64,000 bases of DNA from NCBI RefSeq assembly GCF_022539665.2, contig NC_081333.1, positions 992,001 through 1,056,000 on the forward strand, given 5' to 3'. The notes beneath the pieces are model-generated. The model was not told where the DNA came from and did not search any database. It saw only the letters and a program-made list of their open reading frames with translations. Source of the stretch: Daphnia carinata. Its lineage: Eukaryota. Positions 55,090-64,000 of this stretch are shown piece by piece. The position numbers and the translations under genes are program-made. Position 1 is the first letter of the stretch, and each line of letters opens with the position of its first letter.

Positions 55090-57330
55090 AATAGAATGCT
55101 TACAGATAAACGATAAACCAACGGAAACAATGCTTACCATCAAAGGTGACAAAAACAAATAAAGCAAAGCAAAAAAAAAAAGAAGTTGATATATGTAATG
55201 TTTGTACACAGATAATGAAAGAAACGAATTTTGGAAAACATATTTTATAAAAAAATTTTTATTGACAATTCTCTGCACATTACAATTATTTTTGCAACTT
55301 TAAAAAGGCACAATAGCCCTTTCAAAAGTTGCCGTCAACCCAGGCAGGGGGAGACACTGCCTTGTTGACCCACCGGGGAGATTACCCGGTGATTGGCTAA
55401 GAGAAGCCGGAAGAAGAGCTGAAGATTTGGAACATTTTTACAGGAGCGATTAACCTTTAGTTCGGATTTGTGGGTAGCCACAGAGCCCTCCGTGAACACA
55501 TCATCGGACTAAGCGGACATCCACGTCCCCTTTCCGGCCAGAGCCCTCCAAACCTCGGTATATGTTGTTTTTATATATACCGTACAGTAGGGGCATGACC
55601 CCCTACGGGCTTATTACGAGTCAAGGGGAAACGGGGCTACGGAAAGGAAGGGAGCCCAGATATGCACTTCAATTTTTTAATATAAAATACCGTCTTGGGA
55701 ATCCAAATTAAGTATAGAAATGTCATGTCATCCATCCAATCAATACAATTTATTCAGTGTCTTGCCCCAACCAAGAATCTTTTCAGATCCAATTTTACTA
55801 TTAACCTATATTGAGAAAAGAAAAACAACACCATTAAACATCTCAATTGTTGCTCATGTGACTTACATGACTTATAGATTCAACTTCTGGCAGAAGCTTG
55901 GGAAAGGCCATACAAATTGCAGATGAAAATCATTGTATAAGGCTCTTGAATGATAAAATAGCACCCCTAGAATGTTGCATTGTTGATAGTTGTGTTCCCA
56001 GTATGCTGAAAATCCTTTCCTATTGGATAAATTTTTTTTTTAGATTAGACATGGTTGGCAAAAAGCAGGAGAAATGCTTTGTCATAAATTCAAAAAATTT
56101 TCAAGAAAATTCCTTTCATACCTAAAGAGTCCATGTATGATGTTTATCGCTGCAATGCCAACGAAATGAAACATCTTTAGGGCCATTTAAGTACCCAGCT
56201 TCACCAGCACTCTGAACGTAAAGGACAAGTTGTTCTTTAGCCAGAGAAGCAGAATTATTTGAGGCTCTAGCTGTGACAGAACTATAAAGGATTGCTGTTA
56301 CACAGGATTCATTCACACAAGATGGTACTTCTCATTAGACAATATGCATACTCTATTACTTTACCTCACACCTTAACGGTAATGCACTCTCAGTGTTTTT
56401 TCAACTACAGGCCGACTCTTCCATCCTGTAACACTTCCAGACTTGACTTGATCCCCCACTAAAATTCTGTGAATGCAAAAAAATTGCATTAAAAATACTT
56501 TTTTCGATAGACAATAAACCGAAAAGTACCTAATTCATGTTTTGTGTTGAACTCATGCCATATCTCGGTTTCCATACCACACCCATTTTCGGCCCAAATA
56601 CAGTCCCACAATTGTTCAATTCCTTCACTGGATGGACTTATTACTAACAATTCTTTTAGTGCAGCACTAACAGAATTTAACTTTAACACACTGTCAGGTG
56701 GTAGACTGAATAATTAAACAATAAATAATTGTTTGTTAAAATTCTATACTTATTTTGAATTCTTATTTGAAAAATTTAGGTACCTGACTGTGTTCACCTA
56801 ATGCCAATTCATCCTCATGTTCAGTTAGGGATGAGTTTGGAAAAACCTCCTTCACTGTTTGGAAACTGTTCCGTTCCAATTTGTTCTTTTCCCCTAGCTG
56901 AGCTTGTAGACTCAAAATTTGAGCTACAAAACACAAATGAATAAAAGCAAATAAATAGAATCATTACGTATTAGGCCTTACCATCCTTAGCTTTGCTGTT
57001 ATTTAATATTTTGTGTTGTTCCAATAATTGGGCCTGCAGCTTCATAATTTGATCTAATAAACAATAGTTAATAATTGAAAACCAACATAATAATGTTCAT
57101 ACTTACCATCCTTTTGTTGTATTATCTTATCCATTTTTCAATTGTTCCTCCAGCCAAGCGTTATTCTCCATCCACGTTCCTGAACTAACTGCGAATGGCA
57201 TCCAATGGACTGAAATTGCCTACGCCAGTAATAACGAGTCTGAGCGGTAGATGGCTACGTGTCGGAAAAAAAGAAAAAAGTGTGATTTTTTTTTTTTTTT
57301 TTTTGCGAAATTTTTTTTTTTTTTTGTGTT
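55085..57330. repeat. Right arm of the long inverted repeat
   Basis: Mirror of the left arm; carries ~370 bp extra (about 56655-57025) that the left arm lacks. Confidence 0.95.
56350..57134 (-). pseudogene. Degenerate multi-exon coiled-coil-like gene in the right palindrome arm (deleted copy at ~52870-53300 on +)
   Basis: GT-AG exons 57107-57134, 56982-57053 and 56784-56923 translate openly (MDKIIQQKDDQIMKLQAQLLEQHK...AQILSLQAQLGEKNKLE...). The next exon (from 56705) is out of phase and gives a stop. No homolog recognised. Confidence 0.4.
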
Positions 57331-57533
57331 TTTTTCGCGGTGCCGCCTTCGCCTCATCGCTTTCGTCGTGGGATTTCACATTTGTGGTACTGTTTGGTTT
57401 TGTCTTGGTGTATAGTGTATTGTGTAAGTTAATTCATTGGCTGCCACGCCACTTGCTCCCATTTTTTTTGTAGCTGTAGGGACTCGGCCGCGCTGTCCTG
57501 CCCCATGGTCTATATGCCATGGGGGGCATGTAC

Positions 57534-57990
57534 TCTTTTGGGCGAGTTACAAAAAGGACTCCAGGGTTTCCGACTTTTGGTTGCAGGTTTCCGACACTTG
57601 GACTCTGGAACCCGACGTTAGGACATCTGTCCACCGACGTTTGGACTACTGGTCCCCGACGTTTGGGCGCAACAGTAAATTGTTGCTGAAACCAACGAGC
57701 GCTACACTTTCCGACAAGATGACTCCCGTGCCATCGACATTAGGACTTTTTTTTATTGATGATAAGTATTGTATACGTCAAACGGACTCCCGATCTAGCG
57801 ACAAATGGACTCTCAATACAGGTACACGTTAATTGTTTTATTTCTATTACCTTATATTTTATACATACTTTTGCCAAGTAGGTAGGATATTTAATTAATT
57901 TCGTTACTATAGATGTGTTTTCCTATGATGTATCGGTTTATTAATTTTACTATTTGTATTACAGAAAAAAGGATGAATAAAATTATAAGA
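57534..57990. repeat. Left arm of a second inverted repeat (TIR-like), with phased CCGAC motifs
   Basis: Reverse-complement similarity to 60912-61372 (e.g. tcttttgggcgagttacaaaaaggactccagggtttccgacttttggttgcagg). An extra shared 17-mer lies at 57435-57451. Confidence 0.9.
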
Positions 57991-58505
57991 GTTTATGTGC
58001 TGATGCCAGAGGTAAATCTATCAAGTTTTTATTTACTTAAATTTACTAATCTTTTAGTTATTCAAGGCACTAAGGTATGATGTAGCAATCGAAACCATTC
58101 CTTATAATGTTGCTGCCATACGTCATCCAAGACATTGTAGAGTATACATCAACACTTAGTCTCTGTTATTAAGAAATGTGGAAATGGAGGATAAGGTAAG
58201 ACCAAGGAAGAATTCCTGTTAAGCATATTAAATAATTAATGTACATAACCTTTTGTCACTCGCAGCACAAACTCATGATTCCATTGTTGACTCAAAGCCA
58301 ACAGCCCCACTTGTCTCGAGGTCCCAATGTGCATATCCAGGGAAAGGTAATGCTAACAGCAATCTTTCAAATAATGTTATGAAATTAATGAATATATAAT
58401 ATTTCTATTAATAGCATGTTATACAGTACATACTTAAAAACCGTCTGGTAGTATTAATTGTCTAAGAGTTTGTAATTCCTTTTTTTTTTTAGCGAAGGGG
58501 ATATT

Positions 58506-60161
58506 AATCAACGTGCTGGTCGAGCTGGTCGTACCGGCCCGGGACATTGTTACCGACTCTATTCTTTTGACGTCTTTAATGACGAGTTTGAAAAATTTTC
58601 CTTGCCAGATATCGCGCGAAGGTATTATTATCATAGATTTGGCTACTGTCAAGGGAAGTATAACAAAGTTTTATTCCAGACCGATTGACGATTTAGTTCT
58701 ACAAATGAAGTCAATGGACATTGAAAAAGTGATCCACTTTCTGTTTCCGACGCCACCTGATATTTAGCAGTTATATGCAGCTGAGCGTCGGCTATTATTG
58801 CTAAATGCACTGGAACCGCCGCCACGCAGCGTAGGACTCAAACGTAAGATTCGTACTGTTTTTCAATTACATTTTAAAATATTGAAAATTCATTTTAGCA
58901 TTTACAGAAAGCCAAGAATGGATGTCAAAAATCACTCCACTTGGCAGAGCCATGGCAGCTTATCCATTAGCACCGCGCTTTGCAAAGATGTTATTATTAA
59001 GCCAACAAAATGACCTACGTCAGCTGAGCATTACTCTGGTGGCTGCCCTATTAGTACAAGAACTTGTGCTGGATCAGCCAGCCGATTCTGTAGCAGGCGA
59101 TACTCACAGAAGGTGGCTTGGTCAACGTCTATCCTGGGCTGGAACGGGACAGTCCCTACTTTTAGGAGACCCCATGGTACTCCTGCGTGCTGTTGGCGCC
59201 GCCGAGTACTCGGGTGATATTGAAGCGTTTTGTTCCACGAACGGGATACGTAGCAAAGCTCTTCGTGAAGTCCGAAAACTGCGGGTCTAGCTGACAAACG
59301 AAACGAACTTGAATTTACCATCGGGCACTGCATCGATTGTGGTTGACCCTCGCATGGCGCCCCCCGACTGAATTGCAAGCCAAACTTTTGCGTCAGATTC
59401 TGATGGCTGGACTTCCCGATCACGTGGCTAAGCGAATACCTCCAAATGAAATCAAGGAAACCGAAGACTGTAGAAAGTACAAATACGCTTATCGCTGCCC
59501 AGAAATGGAAGATCCTGTCTTCTTGAACCCATCGAGTATCTTGCGCTATTCGCACCCTGAATGGATCATTTATCAGGACATTTATGAACATGCCAACAAA
59601 ATCTATTTGCGTGGTATTACGGCCATCAAACCCGAATGGCTGCCTATATTCAGTCCTACACAGTGCACCTTCTCTGCCCCCTTGGAGCTTCCTGCCCCTG
59701 GTTATGATTCAGACCAGGGCCGTGTAATGTGTCACATGAATGTTACATTTGGGAGAAGTGGTTGGCCTCTGCCTGTAATGGAGCTTGAATATCCAGCTGG
59801 TATCGACCGGTTCAAGTTTTTAGCCCAGTTTTTCCTTAATGGAGAGGTTTGTCGTCCTCTAGCAAAGTACGTATTGGCTCTAGTTTTGTTCATATTTTCC
59901 AGCCGTACTAAATAAGTAATTTTGTTATGTAGATACACGGCAGCTCTGCTGTCAACTCCATCAACAATGGTCAAGACATGGGTGAAACTCCAGCCCAAGA
60001 CACAAGTGTTACTTCAACAACTGACAATTGGTAATCTCGATAGCTTAGATTCGCTTCTTGCCGCTTGGCAAAAAGATAAATTCTATCTCCTGGGGGCCTA
60101 TAAAGCCTGGGTACCTGAATCACTTCATGAAGAAATCAATACCCTTTGGCCTCCTGTGTAA
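58506..60161 (+). pseudogene. DHX37: 5'-truncated DEAH-box helicase DHX37 (kurz/Dhr1) pseudogene fragment with introns retained
   Basis: Begins at helicase motif VI ([20 protein letters not shown]), then [28 protein letters not shown]2 ITPLGRAMAAYPLAPRFAKML, LLLGDPMVLLRAVGAAEY, LRQILMAGLPDHVAKR and a C-terminal WPPV*. Segments 58506-58621, 58680-58843, 58908-59866, 59933-60161. In-frame TAG at 58765 and 59288, and a +1 frameshift in the C-run at 59360-59365. Confidence 0.9.
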
Positions 60162-60667
60162 TTGACTGTAAAATATATTGACCTCTTCATTGCGTAAGTA
60201 AACTTCTATCGTGAAATCCAAGTTCTTGAGTTTAGCGATAACTTAATATTTTAATCTCTCTTAGCATGAAAAGTTAGCAGGGTTTCCAATTGAAAATCAT
60301 CTCATTTTTATTGAAAACACACCTAAAATCAACTACGGGAAGAATAATCTCTACTCTGCCTTGACGCGCTTTTCTTTTTTCTCCTTGATTGGATTTTTCT
60401 TGCATTCATTATAAATATTACGAAAAATCAATACATTTGCGTCTGAATGAAAGTCTCTTCGGTCTCTATGGCACTTCGGCATACAGTTTTTTGGAAAAAA
60501 AGTTAACAACAACAAAACAAATAGACGAAGTTAGTTTTCCTAAACAATGTAATTCTTTGTTACAATAGTTAAATATACAATAATGAACGATCAATTGATT
60601 ATTCTGGGTTTGTGACATGGCTTACGATTACAATTCAATATGAATAAAAACAATACCTGAAACTTAC

Positions 60668-60874
60668 AGCATTTATCCTCTGTGGATTATCAGGAGATGC
60701 AATAATGCCATATGTGGCATTAGCTTTTAACTTTCCCCAATCGTGTCCAGTTGCAGCTCTCATTACAACACTGTCTTGTTCTACATAGGACTTCAGGTGC
60801 GTGAGACATGCTTTCGATTTCACGTAATTTTGCACTAATTCGTAAATAACACCTTGGTTTCGGTCAAACGCCAT
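60668..60874 (-). CDS. Orphan coding exon (MAFDRNQGVIYELVQNYVKSK...NPQRINA) just inside the right TIR-like arm
   Basis: 69 open codons from an ATG to a strong GTAAGT donor; protein-like composition; downstream exons not identified. Confidence 0.35.
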
Positions 60875-60911
60875 GTCCAAAAAGTAAACAATACAATTGC
60901 AAATGGGGCTA

Positions 60912-61372
60912 AACTAATAGTTTTATTAATACTTTTTTCTGTAATACAAATAGTACAATTTATAAACAGATACAGCATAGAAAAACATCTCTATAATAAT
61001 AACATTAATTAAATATCCTACCTACTTGGCAAAAGTATGTATAAAATATAAGGTAATAGAAATAAAACAATCAACGTGTAACTGTATGGAGAGTCCATTT
61101 GTCGCTAGATCGGGAGTCCGTTTGACGTATACAATACTAATCATCAATAAAAAAAAAAGTCCTAATGTCGATGGCACGGGAGTCCTCTTGTCGGAAAGTG
61201 TAGCGCTCGTTGGGTTCAGCAACAATATATTGTTGCGCCCAAATGTCGGGGACCACTAGTCCAAACGTCGGTGAACAGATGTCCTTTCGTCGGGTACCAG
61301 ATGTCCAAGTGTCGGAAACCTGCAACCAAAAGTCGGAAACCCTGGAGTCCTTTTTGTAACTCGCCCAAAAGA
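60912..61372. repeat. Right arm of the second inverted repeat (TIR-like)
   Basis: Reverse complement of 57534-57990 with scattered substitutions and small indels; shared 17-mer at 61615-61631. Confidence 0.9.
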
Positions 61373-62140
61373 CTCTGTCCCGCCATGGGGTGGGGCAGTC
61401 GCAATGGCCATGCGCCGCTTGGCGCTTTAGGCAATGCACCCTAAGGGACTTCTCTTTGTCGATGCGGTGGCGGTTTCCCGAGGGTGTGCATTCCCTGTAA
61501 CGGATTCCGTCACCGTGTCAGCCCGGACTTGTCTTCGCGGACAAGTCCCATCTTGGTCATGGATCCTTCAGACGGTGACGCGTAGAAAGTAGTAGAACAA
61601 CCTACGGGTTGGTATGGCGTGGCAGCCAATGGGTCAACTTGTATGTATGTACTTATGTATGTATTAATTGTATGTATTATGTATATTATGTAAAACAGTG
61701 GTGGAATTGTGGGAGGAGGAGGGACAATAAAAAACCAAATCCATTTTATAACTTTGTCTATTTTATTTTGTAAATATTGATTACAGAACTTTGTAAACAG
61801 ACTACTAAAACTTATAATTCGCTGTGAACTTCTTCGAGAAATTCCCAATATTTACAGCCTTTCTCATATCACAAAGATTTACATTTTTCTCTTGCCGCTT
61901 GTCTGCCATCGCTAACTGAAATTGTTTCAAGTAGACACTTAGATGCAGTTTTTTCGACGCCAATGTAAGTTTTGCAAACTGTCTCATTCAACGTCTCTTT
62001 CTACATCGTCTCTTAACATTTGTCATCTTACTGATGAGCATCATTTCTAAAGCCAAAATTTTTTCATTTAACTCATTTTAATTACCAAAACAAGCAAATA
62101 AATTTTAGATATATATTTTTTGGATTAGTGTTGCCAATCC

Positions 62141-62873
62141 TCAAATTGGTTTTTTGCTTTGGAAATGCTGCTTCCTGGTACTCCAACACGCCACTACCTC
62201 CCGGAGCGTCTAAGCATAAATACGATTACATATGGTTGAGACGTACAAATTCAAGGGTCTTTATGTCTAAAAAACTTTGTTTTTAATAAGTAAAAAACTA
62301 TGAACTACGAAACCATATTATAAACGTCAATAAGAGGTAAACAAACTCACAAGCGTATCACCACCGTGCACCACTTCATTGGTAATATGATTGATACGGA
62401 ATGCTTCACCCACACCGCATCGACGTCAGATGAGGTCATCGGCTACAGAGCAGGTTTGAGGTGTGGGATGAAGTCCGAAGGACATCGTTGACTGAACAAC
62501 TTCCCCTAACACGGTATATACACCTAAATTCCATGACACATGGAGATGCAAAATGTTCTATATCAAAAAAAAAGAAAGATAATGTAGTAGACTGAAATGT
62601 CAAAGATGCTTAATCTCCATTCTTACCACTCTATGGTTCTCGTTATTTTGCCAGGTGAGGTGTTAAGTACCAAATGAATGTACCATCCCTACGAAGTATC
62701 TTTTTTCAACACCTAACAAAGAATAATACTAAATTGATGAATATTGACACATAATACTGTAGATTTGTCATGGCCAACATATATAATGAAAAGTCCTCAA
62801 TAGATGAGAATGAAAGTAAACCATAGCAGTAAAACTACGCTGTGGTTTGGGATTAGAATTGATTGAAGATGAC
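62141..62873 (-). pseudogene. Unidentified degenerate spliced gene fragments
   Basis: Several GT-AG-bounded, GC-richer segments (about 62351-62505, 62627-62712, 62141-62209). The best frames contain in-frame stops (e.g. ...SVADDLI*RRCGVGEAFRINHITNEVVHGG). Confidence 0.3.
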
Positions 62874-64000
62874 CTAACAAAACGTGAATCACAAAATCCC
62901 AAACTTTTTTACAAACAAATTTTACTCACTAATAACAATCTTATCCAAATAAATGACCACCAGTTTGTGCAATCGGTTCAAATACCGAAAGATTAGAAAA
63001 CGAGGCTTAACATTGGGTAATCACAGTTTTCGATAGAGACTGAGACACCAGTGCACATTGGAAAACGTGGTCTTTGAGCAAGAATTGTACAAGTACGTAA
63101 AATTTGGTTAAAGTATTGTGAAAAATGTGGCTTCGTTGATAGGTAGTGAAATAAACCAAAACGTGCCAATAAATTCAATAAATCAGAAGATTAAACGTTA
63201 AGAAAAAAAGATTGGACAAAATACCGACAGAGGCTTGACAAACGGTGCAGCCATAACGAAAGCAGTACGGACGAATGAGTTTGCTTAGAACGTTGCCAGA
63301 TGGGGGACCAGAAAACGCGACATTTAAAAGGAAAAAGGAGGGGAAAAAGTCTTTTTGGGTTTGAAAAGTCTTAACAAACCCCAAGTTCTCTTTTAGTTTG
63401 TGTAAATTGTTTCAAAACAGAGGCATAGTAGTGATTTTGATCTACATATTAAGTAAGCAATCCCTGAACAAGTTCTATATGATTCTGCTAAGATTGACAC
63501 AACGTAAACAAGTTTGTCTGTAAGTACGAATTGCCGACCCGATCGGATCCGACCTGCCATTTTTCGGGGGGCAGGCCGGGGCGGGCGTACCTATCATGGC
63601 TGATCGAGTTCGAAGCCAATACCCAAAGAAAATAAATACCGTTTCTTAAACCGAAAAATAATAATAATTAAAAACAATAATTAGTTCCAACTCAACTATG
63701 ATGTACAGCACACGCAAGATGTGAAAACTGATATATTTTGAGGATTACAGCAGTACAGAGATATACATGGGAGACGATCAACTCTAGAACATAAGAGAGA
63801 ACCAGGTTATAATGGGGGTAAAATAATTCAAGAATGTGAAACAACTCCGTAAGATCAGCTGGGGATTATAACTGTATATGCCGGTTTGTTTTTTTAGGAA
63901 GAAAAAAAAATGCCTTTTTTGACACGAAATTGTCGTAACAGTGTTACTATAAAGCGTTAAAAATGACAAGCACACAGTGAGGAGAGAAGTTGGGTGTTAT

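Larger units (their letters stand above)
57435..61631. mobile_element. Putative non-autonomous Pack-TIR-like element carrying a DHX37 fragment
   Basis: Long inverted arms enclose an intron-containing host gene fragment. No transposase and no clear target-site duplication are visible. Confidence 0.45.

Noticed and set aside
55294..55658. RNase MRP RNA (aaacggggcta resembles CR-V) or telomerase RNA (taacct as a TTAGG template)
   Set aside because: No properly pairing GAAAGUCCCC CR-I partner, and the template match is only 6 nt; insufficient without a covariance-model search.
57570..57672. CRISPR-like repeat/spacer array
   Set aside because: Unit is only ~21 bp with a 5-11 bp conserved part; eukaryotic context and no cas genes.
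57437..57832. 131-aa ORF in the arm (and 61137-61439) as a transposase
   Set aside because: The frame is not conserved between the two arms and there are no DDE, HUH or tyrosine-recombinase motifs; it is a translation of the repeat array.
58506..60161. Functional DHX37, stop-codon readthrough, or retrocopy
   Set aside because: Helicase motifs I-V are absent upstream, there are two stops plus a frameshift, and introns are retained.

Overview
Eukaryotic, AT-rich, intron-dense arthropod DNA. Introns of ~55-80 nt and the gene content suggest a cladoceran crustacean such as Daphnia (inference). I assembled four spliced genes by hand with consistent exon phases: a dpr-family two-Ig adhesion protein (minus, 4444-18855), a GH31 MYORG/tobi-like glycosidase (minus, 25101-40183), endophilin A (plus, 45827-49073) and maspardin/SPG21 (plus, 50920-52176). 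The 3' end of an unidentified low-complexity gene sits at the left edge. Splicing oddities: one GH31 intron can only close on TG rather than AG, and endophilin A has a candidate 3-nt microexon plus a 69-nt Ser/Pro-rich cassette. The most unusual region is 52.7-61.7 kb. It holds a ~4.6 kb palindrome with near-identical 1.33 kb inner arms, a dense hairpin cluster in each arm and three tRNA-like units in the spacer. Immediately after it, a second inverted-repeat pair with phased CCGAC motifs brackets an intron-retaining, 5'-truncated DHX37 pseudogene fragment, resembling Pack-TIR gene capture. No transposase, rRNA, CRISPR array or canonical tRNA is evident. Most short six-frame ORFs are intronic or intergenic noise.
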